Positions 39,198-49,586 of a DNA stretch of 64,000 nt are shown here, piece after piece. Below the pieces are notes generated by a model. It had not been told where the DNA came from and made no database searches. It saw nothing but the letters and a program-made list of their open reading frames with translations. Origin of the DNA: a bacterium (GTDB lineage: Bacteria > UBA10199 > 2-02-FULL-44-16 > JAAZCA01). The translations under genes were made by a program, and so were the position numbers. How positions within the stretch are numbered: position 1 is the first letter of the stretch; each line of letters opens with the position of its first letter. The stretch spans positions 1 to 64,000 of the forward strand of contig CAXXGI010000001.1 of the NCBI GenBank assembly GCA_963674695.2, read 5' to 3'.

Positions 39198-42100
39198 ATG
39201 GCGAGGAACGTCCACAATGCCGCCCAACATGACGAATCGCTCTTCAGGGGCCTCGATGATTTTCTGCGCCGCGCCGATGCGAACGGAAAACTCGACACCG
39301 CCTCGGAGGCTGCACAGCACGCCCACGCCATCGATCGTTGTTTGAAGATGGAGGAGCACGAGCAGTGGCTCACCCGGTTTGGCACCTCAAACCTCAAGGC
39401 CTGGCACGGCATCTTGACCGGGCTCTCCGACGAGCAGCAGTTCGCGCGATGGCGAACGTGGAAGCCGGAAGCGAACACCCTTCGCACCTATCTGATGGAC
39501 CAACACTTCTACGGCGTCCCCACGCGCTTCATCCACCAGGACGGCCGCAACCCGCGCAAGCGCTATCTTGAAAGCCCCCTGCACCCCCGCATCGAGCAGG
39601 AGATCGTCGCCCTCTGCGAAACAGCAGGCTCGGCAAAAAAGGTGATCCGATTCATCGCGCAACTCGAAAAGAGCTTTCCGGATGAATTCAGTTCATGCTG
39701 GAAGCCTTTTTCCGAAAGAAAGGAGCTCGTCTTCGATCGCAGCTTCTTCAGGGCGCATCACGGATGGCGCAACACATTGAGTAGCACCGACGAGCCCGGC
39801 GCCTTCGACGGGCGCACGCCGGACCGCATGGCGGCGATACTGGCGACGATTCGGCAGATGATTGGGCGCCGGGATTTCCTGGCGTTTACCCGGCGTGTGG
39901 ACGGCATCCTCGGCTGGCGCTTCTCCTTCCAGAAGGCCAACGCCTATTTCCGCTTTCACGACCGCTGGATCAAGGAAGGCGAGGCGTTCTTCGCCTGCCT
40001 CGAACGACGCCAGGGGTTTCTCGACCTGCTCGCCAATGAAGGGGTCGCCGACCGGATCGAAGAAGACATCATCGCCCGCGTGACGGAATCGAAGGAACGC
40101 ACGGAGATGATCACACGCTTCGTCCGCGCAGCGGGGGAGCATCATTTCTTTGATCCCAGTCTCAACAATACCTGGGCATTCATGCAGTTCGGCATGTCGA
40201 ACTACCGCCAGAGCGATGAAGTGCGATGGTTCCTCGACACGGTCGAGAAGCGCGGCGAGGGATGCTTCGCCGATATCCACCGCGCGGCCGGGCTTTCCAC
40301 CCCCCCGACGCTGCGCCTGCGCGAATTCTATGAACTCTTCTGGAAACTGGAGAAAGCCAATGTCAAGGATGTGGAAGGCATCATGCGCATCCTTCGCACA
40401 CACATCTTCGATGCGCATCGTGTCGACGACACGGCCATCGATATCGCCGGAATGTGGTACACGCCGTTCATGAAATACATCAGCTCCAACTTGCCACAGT
40501 TTCATGCCGAGAAGGACCTGATCCAGATACTCGATACGCTTCACCAGGAAGGCCTGCTCGACTCCACGCTCACGAACCTGCGCGAAGGGTATGTCGCCGA
40601 ATCGACAAGACTGCACGCATGGCTGATGAACCCCACGCTCACCGAAGAACAAGAGCGCCTCCTGGATGATCGCAGTCTCCGAGGACTCAAGATCGACGCC
40701 GAAAGACTCGAATCCGAATCGCGGCTCCACGCCATCCGCCTGCTCATGACCCTGGGCCGCCGGGACAACGTGAACGTCGGCGGCGGTGGCTGGCACATCG
40801 AGTTGAGTCCGTCCGCGCTGCAGCCGGAGACGATCGAACAGCAATCCTTCTGGATCACGAAGACATTTGCGCTCCATCAGATGATGGAGGATCGTTCCAT
40901 GGACTATTGGTGGGGCTACAGCACACACCGCGACACCCTCACCGACCACCTCTACCGGATGGGCGAAAAAAAGGACCCGCCCACCGATGAGGTGAACGCG
41001 CTGCAGGCCTGGGTCCAGAAGATGGGAGAGCGGTACCCGCGCTATCCCAATCCGCGCAACGAGATCTGGAACGAACTCTTCTTTCACATCATGCTGAGCG
41101 CGAACGGCGGGCTGCCCCCGCAGGAGGAGTTGGACTTCTTCGAACAAAAGGTCTTTGCATCGACGCTCAGCACCGCGCTCGACGGCGGTCGCGTCAATGC
41201 GACCTTTGTCGACATCGTGCAATTCTACAGCCGCTCTCCGATCGCCGCGTGGAAGCAGTTCCCGCAGGCGATGAGATGGATGGACCGCCTGATCGAACGC
41301 GACGTCCGCAGGGGCATCTTCGCCAACCGCTCTTGGTTCGACGATCCGGAGGTGATGCAATCGATCGCCCGGTTCGATGCGGCGGTCGGTTCCGCCTCGA
41401 TCGATGCGCTCGCGCGCATGGAGCGCCTCTTCTTCTCGGCAGAGCCGCTCTTTCCCATCCACTACAAGTGGGACGGCGGAAGCACCCCCGGCATCACCGA
41501 TTTCCTCTCGCTGTGCATGGACGCCCTGACCGGATCCGATGAAACGCTCGAAGCGCTCCTGCAGACCATCGCAAGAGCAGAGGAGAAGCCGGAGTTCGGT
41601 TCCTTCAAGGGGTTCGAGCGCATCCGCTCCTCCTTCGATCCAAACAATCCCGGCGCGCTCGTCGGCGTCTTCCAGCAATGGCGCCGGCTCGGCCTCTCCC
41701 CCAAACGGTATCGAGGGGAGAAGGGCTTCTTGCACCTTACCGAAGGCGATGAACGACACATCCAGACCTATGCCCAACAGATTGTCCAACGCGAGGAGCT
41801 GCGTTTTTACGAGCTCCCGTTCCTGCTCGGCGTCGAAGAGGAGCGCTTCATTCGGTGGCTCGACCTGGACAAGACGCTGCGCGAACGCAAGCTGGATGTG
41901 AGCCACTTCGTCTCGATGGAGCTCGTCGACCTCCCCCACGTCGTGGAACTCTTCGCCTATCTCAACGAGGAAGGGTTGTTGGTCAGCATCGACAGACGGT
42001 TGGCCAGCGCGCTCGACCCGAATACGCATCCCGCCTTTCGCGTGTCGCCGGAAGCCATCGCTGCCTTCAAGAAGATGCTCGCCTGGTGCGCCGAACACAT

Positions 42101-43163
42101 CGACGAGATGAAGCAACACGCAGGAAAGCTGAAGGAACGCTTCGCCGGATACTTCTTCAACGAACTCGGCGGCACATCCGCTCTCGGCACCATGCAGGAC
42201 TTCGTCCGCTTCAAGGAGGATTTCGCGGGACCCTTCTTCGACGGCAACGCCCCCTGGAACGACCTCGAGGTCGTCGTCTTCGGCAATCGTGCGGACCGAC
42301 ATGCGACGCATCCCTTTTTGCAGGACACACCGGGCTTCGGCTTCACCATGCACGATCACGCGCTCTATACGCACATCGCCAGCGAACGCACCTATACGCA
42401 GGTCATGAACGGGCAGCGTCGAGCGGAACTGATCGAGAATCTCCTCGTCCAGTTCACCGGCCTCCCGACGAGACCGCGCTCGAAGAACAAGCTCTATGCC
42501 GACAGCGAATCGGTGAGCCGTACCCTGTTGAACGGACTCCCCACCTCGAAGCTCATCCGGATTCAGTGGCTCCTCAACAACCTCGCCGACCCGCGCTTCC
42601 GGCGCGAGATCATCCGGTCGATCGACGCGGACTGGAACGACAGGACGGGGGAGCACGGCGGCATCGTCATGCCGCGCGAAGATCGCCGGAACGGCATCGC
42701 CGACCCCTTCGAACCGATGACGATCACGAAGCTCCCGTCCAAAAACTGGAGCGCCGAGGACCCCGAGATTCGTAAACTCATCGATCAGATCGCCCGCGCA
42801 ACGAACCCGGATGAACAAAAGAAGCTCATCGTGCTTCGCGACGAACTGCTCGACGGGGGATATGGCCCGAACGAAGGAATGAAGCAGACCCGCTTCGGAT
42901 GGAGCATGCACTGGCACCAGCATGCCGTCCATCACGTTGGCGAAGAGATCGGCAGCTATGCCGGCCCCAGCGGCAGCCTGCAGACCGGCGGGGACATCGG
43001 GTCCGCCGTGGATCTCGGCGACGGCATCGTCATCACGCGGCTGGGCGATGAACGCTTCAATGTCGACCTCTACGGCGTCTATCCGGCATCGCCGAACGAA
43101 GGACCCCTCAAGGGAACCAAATGGAATGAATACGTCATCGACCTGGGCGTCTACGGACCGTAA
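39198..43163 (+). CDS. Large hypothetical protein (1321 aa) with possible C-terminal JAB/MPN-like metal site
   Basis: Long ORF with host-like codon style; EHGG...WHQH...GPS...GD near the C-terminus. Confidence 0.8.
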   Translation: MARNVHNAAQHDESLFRGLDDFLRRADANGKLDTASEAAQHAHAIDRCLKMEEHEQWLTRFGTSNLKAWHGILTGLSDEQQFARWRTWKPEANTLRTYLMDQHFYGVPTRFIHQDGRNPRKRYLESPLHPRIEQEIVALCETAGSAKKVIRFIAQLEKSFPDEFSSCWKPFSERKELVFDRSFFRAHHGWRNTLSSTDEPGAFDGRTPDRMAAILATIRQMIGRRDFLAFTRRVDGILGWRFSFQKANAYFRFHDRWIKEGEAFFACLERRQGFLDLLANEGVADRIEEDIIARVTESKERTEMITRFVRAAGEHHFFDPSLNNTWAFMQFGMSNYRQSDEVRWFLDTVEKRGEGCFADIHRAAGLSTPPTLRLREFYELFWKLEKANVKDVEGIMRILRTHIFDAHRVDDTAIDIAGMWYTPFMKYISSNLPQFHAEKDLIQILDTLHQEGLLDSTLTNLREGYVAESTRLHAWLMNPTLTEEQERLLDDRSLRGLKIDAERLESESRLHAIRLLMTLGRRDNVNVGGGGWHIELSPSALQPETIEQQSFWITKTFALHQMMEDRSMDYWWGYSTHRDTLTDHLYRMGEKKDPPTDEVNALQAWVQKMGERYPRYPNPRNEIWNELFFHIMLSANGGLPPQEELDFFEQKVFASTLSTALDGGRVNATFVDIVQFYSRSPIAAWKQFPQAMRWMDRLIERDVRRGIFANRSWFDDPEVMQSIARFDAAVGSASIDALARMERLFFSAEPLFPIHYKWDGGSTPGITDFLSLCMDALTGSDETLEALLQTIARAEEKPEFGSFKGFERIRSSFDPNNPGALVGVFQQWRRLGLSPKRYRGEKGFLHLTEGDERHIQTYAQQIVQREELRFYELPFLLGVEEERFIRWLDLDKTLRERKLDVSHFVSMELVDLPHVVELFAYLNEEGLLVSIDRRLASALDPNTHPAFRVSPEAIAAFKKMLAWCAEHIDEMKQHAGKLKERFAGYFFNELGGTSALGTMQDFVRFKEDFAGPFFDGNAPWNDLEVVVFGNRADRHATHPFLQDTPGFGFTMHDHALYTHIASERTYTQVMNGQRRAELIENLLVQFTGLPTRPRSKNKLYADSESVSRTLLNGLPTSKLIRIQWLLNNLADPRFRREIIRSIDADWNDRTGEHGGIVMPREDRRNGIADPFEPMTITKLPSKNWSAEDPEIRKLIDQIARATNPDEQKKLIVLRDELLDGGYGPNEGMKQTRFGWSMHWHQHAVHHVGEEIGSYAGPSGSLQTGGDIGSAVDLGDGIVITRLGDERFNVDLYGVYPASPNEGPLKGTKWNEYVIDLGVYGP

Positions 43164-43260
43164 GCGCGCGAAAAAATATGATGCAACCTTTCCCCTTGTA
43201 AACCATATTTATCGGCACTATAATAACACTAACTCTAATAAATAATGAATTAGTGCCATT

Positions 43261-43566
43261 ATGATATCACTTATAACACCATGCGAAGCGCTTGAAACGG
43301 TCGCAAAAACCATGCGACAGAGACGGCTGCAGCTCAACATCACGCAGGTTCAACTCTCCGAACGCTCGGGGGTCAGCCTCGCCGTCCTGCGCAAATTCGA
43401 ACGCACCGGAAAGATTTCGATCGAGTCGTTCCTGAAGCTGGCCCTGGTCCTGGGGGTGATGCAGGAGATCTTGGACGCCCTCGCGATCAAGGAGGAGGTG
43501 TTCACCTCCATCGATGAAGTGCTGGAAGATCATACCGCGAAACGGAGAAAACGAGCACGTCCATGA
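43261..43566 (+). CDS. hipB: XRE-family HTH protein, HipB-like antitoxin
   Basis: RRLQLNITQ..LSERSGVS...LRKFE..G; ATGA overlap with hipA. Confidence 0.8.
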   Translation: MISLITPCEALETVAKTMRQRRLQLNITQVQLSERSGVSLAVLRKFERTGKISIESFLKLALVLGVMQEILDALAIKEEVFTSIDEVLEDHTAKRRKRARP

Positions 43567-44804
43567 AACAGACGACCATCAATCTCATTTCGGTGTCGCT
43601 CGATCGTGGCGAAACATCGCTGCGCGTTGGTCGCCTCGCCTCACGAGACCACCGCATCTATTTTGAATACGACCCCGAATGTATCAAACGAAAACTCGAG
43701 ATCTCACCGTTTCACCTTCCCTTGAAGGCCGGCCTTCAATCCTTCGACAACAGCCCCTTCGATGGACTGCCCGGTATCTTCAACGACAGCCTCCCCGACG
43801 GTTGGGGGCGATTGCTCCTCGATCGCGCGATCAGGGCGCGGGGCGGCAATCCCGCCGCATTCACCCCGTTGGATCGTCTGGCCCATGTCGGACGACAGGG
43901 AATGGGCGCGCTGACCTACGAACCGGACCACGGTGAACACGTCTCCTCGGAGAAAATTCATCTGAATACATTGGCCGCGCACGCCCGCGATGTCCTTGAA
44001 GGCAAAACCGAAGCGGTCTTCGAGGAACTCCTGGCGTTGAACGGTTCTTCCGCAGGCGCACGCCCAAAGGCACTCATCGGCGTCAGCGACGGAAAACGAT
44101 CCATCGTGCACGGCGTTGCCGATCTGCCCGAGCATTACGAACACTGGCTCGTCAAATTTCCCAACACCCAGGATGGACCTGACAGCGGGGCGATCGAATA
44201 CGTCTATGCCGAAATGGCCCGTGCATCCGGCGTGGAGATGACTGAAACCCACCTCTTCCCCGCCAAGAGAGGCGCCGGATATTTCGCCACGAAGCGATTC
44301 GATCGAGATCACAACGGCCGCATCCATGTCCATACGGCATGCGGCCTGCTGCACACCGATTTCAGAGCACCTTCTCTCGACTATGAAGATCTGATCAAGG
44401 CAACGCTCATCCTCACCAAGGATACACGGGAAGTCGAAAAGATGTTTCGCCTGGCCGTCTTCAACGTCCTCGCGCACAACCGGGACGATCACGCCAAGAA
44501 CTTTTCTTTCCTCATGGATGAAGACGGCCAATGGAAACTCGCTCCGGCCTACGACCTCACCTTCTCATCCGGCCCGCGCGGCCAACAGAGCACGATGGTC
44601 ATGGGCGAAGGAAACAACCCCACCGTCGAACACCTCATAGCACTCGCGCATATCGCCGATATCGACGCCGCAAAGGCCGGATCCATCATCGAACAGACGA
44701 AGGCTACCCTGAACACCTGGCCCAAACGGGCAAGACAAAACGGGGTGTCCAAGACGAAACGCGATGCGATTTCGAAGGCGGTTGTGCCATCACCCGAAAA
44801 TTGA
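43563..44804 (+). CDS. hipA: HipA-family kinase toxin
   Basis: DSLPDGWG, GSSAGARPK, LVKF, KRFDR, HNRDDHAKNFSF, LAPAYDL. Confidence 0.93.
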   Translation: MKQTTINLISVSLDRGETSLRVGRLASRDHRIYFEYDPECIKRKLEISPFHLPLKAGLQSFDNSPFDGLPGIFNDSLPDGWGRLLLDRAIRARGGNPAAFTPLDRLAHVGRQGMGALTYEPDHGEHVSSEKIHLNTLAAHARDVLEGKTEAVFEELLALNGSSAGARPKALIGVSDGKRSIVHGVADLPEHYEHWLVKFPNTQDGPDSGAIEYVYAEMARASGVEMTETHLFPAKRGAGYFATKRFDRDHNGRIHVHTACGLLHTDFRAPSLDYEDLIKATLILTKDTREVEKMFRLAVFNVLAHNRDDHAKNFSFLMDEDGQWKLAPAYDLTFSSGPRGQQSTMVMGEGNNPTVEHLIALAHIADIDAAKAGSIIEQTKATLNTWPKRARQNGVSKTKRDAISKAVVPSPEN

Positions 44805-44869
44805 CTTCCCCCCCCTTTTCCACTAGATCCTCCTGCAGAGTGTCCCTTCAAAACCTTTCAGGAGGTCTT

Positions 44870-46420
44870 ATGCCGACGCCGTTTGCCAACGAACCCTTTA
44901 CCGATTTTTCCAACCCCGAGAATAAGCACGCCATGGAGCAGGCGCTCGCCGATGTCGCCGCGCAGTTCGGCGCCGAGTATCCGATCGTCTTGGGTGGCGA
45001 GCACATCACCTGCGAAAAGAAGATCCGTTCGATCAATCCATCGAAGACCAGTGAAGTGGTCGGCAGTGCCCAAAAGGGAACGCCCGATATGGTGGAGACG
45101 GCGCTCGACGCGGCCGAAAAGGCATTCGAGACGTGGCGCTTCACGCCCGCGACGGAGCGCGCCGATCTCTGCTTCAACCTCGCCGCTGAGATGCGCCGTC
45201 GCAAATACGAGCTGGCCTCCTGGATGGTCTATGAGATCGGCAAGAGCTGGGCGGAGGCCGACGGCGATGTGGCCGAAGCGATCGATTTCTGTGAATTCTA
45301 CGGCCGTGAGGCGTTGCGCTGGGGCGAAGTGCGCCAGTCCCTCCCCTATCCGAATGAAACGAACGTGCTCGTCTATCAGCCGTTGGGCGTCGGTGCCGCC
45401 ATCCCGCCGTGGAACTTTCCGCTGGCGATTTTGGCCGGCGTGACGATCGGTCCGGCCGCCGCGGGAAATACCATGATCCTCAAACCCGCCAGCGACACGC
45501 CGGTGATCGCCGCGAAGTTCATGGAGATGGTCGAGAAGGTCGGCTTCCCCAAGGGCGTGATCAATTTCCTGACCGGTTCTGGATCAGACGTCGGCGAGAC
45601 GCTCATCACGAACCCGCGCGTGCGCTTCGTCAACTTCACCGGATCGCGCGAGGTGGGTCTGCACATCGTCGAGGAATCCGGAAAGACGCGTCCGGGGCAG
45701 AAGTGGATCAAACGGGTCGCCGTCGAGATGGGCGGCAAGGATGCGACGATCGTCGATGCCGAGGCCGACATCGATGCGGCCGTCGAGGGCGTGGCGATGG
45801 CCGCCTTCGGCTTCCAGGGTCAGAAGTGTTCGGCCTGTTCGCGCGCCATCGTCGACGCCAAGCTCTACGATGCATTTTTGGAGAAGCTCGTCGCACGCGT
45901 GAAGACGATCACCGTCGGCCCCGTGAACGACCCGGAGAACTTCATGGGCCCGGTCTCGAGCAAGGCCGCCTTCGACAAGATCCGCAGCTATATTGAAATC
46001 GGCAAAAAAGAGGGGCGCCTCATGTGCGGCGGCGAGGGAAATGACAAGACGGGCTTGTTTATTCAACCCACGGTCATCGCCGATGTCGCCCCCACCGCGC
46101 GCATCGCGCAGGAGGAGATCTTCGGACCCGTGCTGGCCGTCATCAAGGCGCAGGACTTCGACGATGCCATCTCCATCTTTAACGGCACCGACTACGGGCT
46201 CACCGGCGGCGTCTTCACGAAAAGCCGCGACAAGATCGAGCGCGCCAAGCGCGAGTGCTACTGCGGCAACTTCTACGTCAATCGCAAGATCACCGGTGCG
46301 CTCGTTGCCGTGCAACCCTTCGGCGGCTACAACATGTCGGGCACCTGCTCCAAGGCCGGCGGCCATGACTACATGGGCCTCTTCCTGGAGGCGAAGGCGG
46401 TGTGTGAACGCATTTCGTGA
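44870..46420 (+). CDS. pruA: L-glutamate gamma-semialdehyde (P5C) dehydrogenase
   Basis: EAIDF, PWNFPLAI, FTGS, EMGGKD, GFQGQKCSACSR, EEIFGPV, QPFGG; AGGAGG RBS. Confidence 0.95.
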   Translation: MPTPFANEPFTDFSNPENKHAMEQALADVAAQFGAEYPIVLGGEHITCEKKIRSINPSKTSEVVGSAQKGTPDMVETALDAAEKAFETWRFTPATERADLCFNLAAEMRRRKYELASWMVYEIGKSWAEADGDVAEAIDFCEFYGREALRWGEVRQSLPYPNETNVLVYQPLGVGAAIPPWNFPLAILAGVTIGPAAAGNTMILKPASDTPVIAAKFMEMVEKVGFPKGVINFLTGSGSDVGETLITNPRVRFVNFTGSREVGLHIVEESGKTRPGQKWIKRVAVEMGGKDATIVDAEADIDAAVEGVAMAAFGFQGQKCSACSRAIVDAKLYDAFLEKLVARVKTITVGPVNDPENFMGPVSSKAAFDKIRSYIEIGKKEGRLMCGGEGNDKTGLFIQPTVIADVAPTARIAQEEIFGPVLAVIKAQDFDDAISIFNGTDYGLTGGVFTKSRDKIERAKRECYCGNFYVNRKITGALVAVQPFGGYNMSGTCSKAGGHDYMGLFLEAKAVCERIS

Positions 46421-46438
46421 AAACACGAGGAGGCGGTC

Positions 46439-47383
46439 ATGGCAACCCAACTCACGGCAACACGAGGGCCGGTCATGAAACAGAGCTCATCAACGCTGCA
46501 CAGCGCGCCCCGTCACTTCGGCACGCTGCTCTCAAAACTCATCGCCCCGTTCGCGCGACGCTACATCGCGGGGACCACGCTGGCCCAAGCGCTGGACAAA
46601 CTCGCGCAGCTCAAGGCGGAAGGGTTTGAAACCACCTTCGACCACCTGGGCGAGAGCGTGACCAGCCCCGAAGAAGCCAAAATGGCAACGGAACAATATG
46701 TCGTGATGCTGCGCGCGCTCAAAGAGCGGGGGCTCGATCGAAACGTCTCCGTGAAACTTACCTCCATCGGGCTGGCGATCGACGAGAACCTTGCCCGCGA
46801 ACACCTCGCCCAGATCGTGCATGCCGCCGAGGAATCCCACGGGTTCGTCCGCGTCGACATGGAGGGGTCCGACGTCACCAGCACCACGCTCGACATCGTG
46901 CGCGACACGAAAAAAAATCGCTCCACGCCGGTGGGCACGGTGCTTCAGGCCATGCTCAAGCGCACGCCAACCGATGCGTTGGAACTGTTGCGCAAAGAGA
47001 CGACCATCCGCCTCTGCAAGGGGGCCTACAAGGAACCGCCGGAGACGGCCTATCAGGACATGAGCGAAATTCGGCACCAGTTCATGGCGCTGACCAAGAG
47101 ACTGCTCACCTCGGGGCTCTATCACGGCATCGCCACGCACGATGTGCAGCTCATCACCGAGCTCAAACGCTTCGCGCGCGAACAGAAGATCCCGAAGGAC
47201 GCCTTCGAATTCCAGATGCTCCTCGGCATTCGTTCCAAGGTGGCCCGCCAACTCGTCGCCGAAGGCTGGCGCGTGCGCATCTACGTCCCCTTCGGCCGCG
47301 CCTGGCTCCCCTATATGTGGCGCCGGCTGCGCGAGCGAAAAGAAAACGTTTGGTTTTTCGCGCAGAGTATATGGCAACGATAA
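46439..47383 (+). CDS. Monofunctional proline dehydrogenase
   Basis: RYIAG, DHLGE, SVKLT, VDME, RLCKGAYKE, ATHD, EFQMLLG, YVPFG...Y..RRL.ER. Confidence 0.93.
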   Translation: MATQLTATRGPVMKQSSSTLHSAPRHFGTLLSKLIAPFARRYIAGTTLAQALDKLAQLKAEGFETTFDHLGESVTSPEEAKMATEQYVVMLRALKERGLDRNVSVKLTSIGLAIDENLAREHLAQIVHAAEESHGFVRVDMEGSDVTSTTLDIVRDTKKNRSTPVGTVLQAMLKRTPTDALELLRKETTIRLCKGAYKEPPETAYQDMSEIRHQFMALTKRLLTSGLYHGIATHDVQLITELKRFAREQKIPKDAFEFQMLLGIRSKVARQLVAEGWRVRIYVPFGRAWLPYMWRRLRERKENVWFFAQSIWQR

Positions 47384-47386
47384 CAT

Positions 47387-47414
47387 CCGTGACACGTGAC
47401 CCGTGACACGTAAC
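47387..47414. repeat. Heptamer tandem repeat (CGTGACA-like) x4
   Basis: ccgtgacacgtgacccgtgacacgtaac between PRODH and rocD. Confidence 0.7.
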
Positions 47415-47426
47415 AGAGGAGATACT

Positions 47427-48626
47427 ATGTCGAAGACGGATACGTTCATTCAGGAAGTCGAAACATTCAGTGCGCACAACTATCATCCGCTGCCCGTCGT
47501 CATCTCTAAAGCGAAGGGCATCTGGGTCACCGACGTCGAGGGGAAGCGCTACATCGACATGCTCTCCGCCTATTCGGCCGTGAACCAGGGGCATCTCCAC
47601 CCGAAGATCATCGCCGCCTTGAACAGACAAGCCGAGACCCTCACGCTGACCTCGCGCGCATTTCACAACGACAAAATGGGACCGTTTCTGCGCAAGCTCA
47701 CAACGCTCACGGGGTATGACAAGGCGCTGCTCATGAACACGGGGGCAGAGGCGGTGGAGACGGCCATCAAAGCGGCACGCCGCTGGGGCTACACCAAGAA
47801 GAACATTCCCGAGGGGAAGGCCAAGATCATCGTCTGCGCCGAGAACTTTCACGGCCGCACGACGACGATCGTCGGCTTCTCGACCGATGCCACCTGCCGC
47901 ACGGGATTCGGCCCCTTCACACCGGGGTTTGAGATCATCCCGTACAACGATCCCAAGGCGCTCGAGGCGGCGATCGACGAGAACACCGTCGCCTTCCTGG
48001 TGGAACCGATCCAGGGAGAAGCCGGCGTGAACGTCCCCTCCGACGGCTACCTCGCGCGTTGCCGCGAAATCACGAAGGAGAAGAACGTCCTGCTCATCTG
48101 CGACGAGATCCAGACCGGGTTTGGCCGTACCGGCCGCATGTTCTGCAGCGACTGGGAGAACGTGCGCCCCGACATCATCTGCATGGGCAAGGCCCTTGGC
48201 GGCGGCGTCTACCCGGTCTCCGGTATCGTGGCCGACGACGAGGTCATGATGGCCGCGTTCGAACCGGGCAACCACGGCTCGACCTTCGGCGGAAATCCGC
48301 TGGCCTGCGCGGTGGCCTCGGCCGCCGTCGACGTGATCGTCGATGAACACCTGCCGGAGCGCTCGGCTGAACTGGGCGATTATTTCCGCGGTGAGCTGCG
48401 CAAGATCGACAACCCGAAGATCACGGATGTGCGGGGAAAGGGACTCCTCACCGGCATGCAGTTCGAAGGAACGATCGCGCACGACTATTCGGTAAAGCTC
48501 ATGGAGCGCGGAATCCTGGCCAAGGATACGCACGGACACACGATCCGTTTCGCCCCACCGCTGGTGATCACCAAGGAAGAACTCGCGAGCGCCCTCGACA
48601 CGATCCGGGAGGTCTGCGGGAAATAG
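47427..48626 (+). CDS. rocD: Ornithine aminotransferase
   Basis: AHNYHPLP, LSAYSAVNQGH, MNTGAEAVETA, EPIQGEAG, DEIQTGFGRTG, GKALGGG, HGSTFGGNP. Confidence 0.96.
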   Translation: MSKTDTFIQEVETFSAHNYHPLPVVISKAKGIWVTDVEGKRYIDMLSAYSAVNQGHLHPKIIAALNRQAETLTLTSRAFHNDKMGPFLRKLTTLTGYDKALLMNTGAEAVETAIKAARRWGYTKKNIPEGKAKIIVCAENFHGRTTTIVGFSTDATCRTGFGPFTPGFEIIPYNDPKALEAAIDENTVAFLVEPIQGEAGVNVPSDGYLARCREITKEKNVLLICDEIQTGFGRTGRMFCSDWENVRPDIICMGKALGGGVYPVSGIVADDEVMMAAFEPGNHGSTFGGNPLACAVASAAVDVIVDEHLPERSAELGDYFRGELRKIDNPKITDVRGKGLLTGMQFEGTIAHDYSVKLMERGILAKDTHGHTIRFAPPLVITKEELASALDTIREVCGK

Positions 48627-48643
48627 CCAGACACGCCTCACAC

Positions 48644-48678
48644 AAAAGCCCCACCCGAAACCGGGTGGGGCTTTTTTA
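48644..48678. terminator. Bidirectional intrinsic terminator
   Basis: AAAAGCCCCACCCG-AAAC-CGGGTGGGGCTTTTTT. Confidence 0.85.
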
Positions 48679-48694
48679 TCTCTTCATCGTATGG

Positions 48695-49420
48695 CTACGC
48701 TTTCATCTTGCACTGGTAATATCGGCGTTTACAAAACTGAACTTCGTACACAAGGTGTGGCAAGTGACCACGTTCAATACACCCCTCATCTTTAGAGAAT
48801 GCCTCTTCCAGGAAACCCACACGATGCATGCAATCGACGTAATCATCGTCACACGCATCGGCGGGACAGATCGTCTCTTCATCGTATATCGTCACATCGG
48901 GTTCGCACAATGGAGCGGGCGCGATCACAACACATCCATCATCCTCGCTCTCTTCAGCGTCGCCTTCACATTCAAGCTCAATAATCGCCCCCTCAAGCTT
49001 CTCAATTTTTTCCCTTCCGGCCCAATCCTTCACCTGAAAGTCCCCTCCGGCGATGGACGCAATCGCCGCTTCATCCGCATGCATCACATCCCGAAGGCGC
49101 TGCGCTTCATCAGATGCGACATCCTCAAGTGTGTCCTCGTAATCGCTCGAATCCTTGGAGCTCGAATCCTTGGAGATAATACATGTGATAATTTTAAATC
49201 CTTCCTCATTACGCACTATGCAATAGCTCTGCGGGTTCTCAGCCGATGGCGCTGTTTTCGCAAGTTCGTTGATGGTATCACTTCTCGCCCGATCCCAGCG
49301 CGGTTCCTCAAAGCGAATCGCCCTGGAGGTGTCAATTATAACGTTGTGCTGCGTTGCCAAAACCGGAAGCGCAAAGGAAAAACCCATCACCAACACCACT
49401 GCCCAGATTGCCTTCTTCAT
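48695..49420 (-). CDS. Secreted acidic Cys-rich hypothetical protein
   Basis: AAGGGGG RBS; Sec signal MKKAIWAVVLVMGFSFALPVLA; multiple Cys. Confidence 0.78.
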   Translation of the reverse strand: MKKAIWAVVLVMGFSFALPVLATQHNVIIDTSRAIRFEEPRWDRARSDTINELAKTAPSAENPQSYCIVRNEEGFKIITCIISKDSSSKDSSDYEDTLEDVASDEAQRLRDVMHADEAAIASIAGGDFQVKDWAGREKIEKLEGAIIELECEGDAEESEDDGCVVIAPAPLCEPDVTIYDEETICPADACDDDYVDCMHRVGFLEEAFSKDEGCIERGHLPHLVYEVQFCKRRYYQCKMKA

Positions 49421-49468
49421 TATTGCCCCCTTTAAAAGATTGAGTTCATCCCCCCGCCTACACCTCCA

Positions 49469-49497
49469 TTATCGGCAACGTGACAGTTCAAAGTTGC
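49469..49497 (-). promoter_or_regulatory. Recurrent sigma28-like promoter motif (GCAACTT-N14-GCCGATAA)
   Basis: Perfect elements about 50 nt upstream of ATG 49420. Confidence 0.65.
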
Positions 49498-49586
49498 GTC
49501 CCACACCCAAAAAAAGCGCTGATTGACATATCCCGCCGAATTTTATAGGGAATTTCATTCATTTCATCCGCGAAGAGGACGTTTCC

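Noticed and set aside
39693-42935. 1080-aa antisense ORF, and similar long antisense ORFs opposite plsB, valS, mutL, rocD and the OmpA gene
   Set aside because: In-register shadows of GC-rich sense genes, with no motifs or RBS.
44870-48626. Novel catabolic cluster
   Set aside because: Standard ornithine/proline-to-glutamate route (RocD, PRODH, P5C dehydrogenase).
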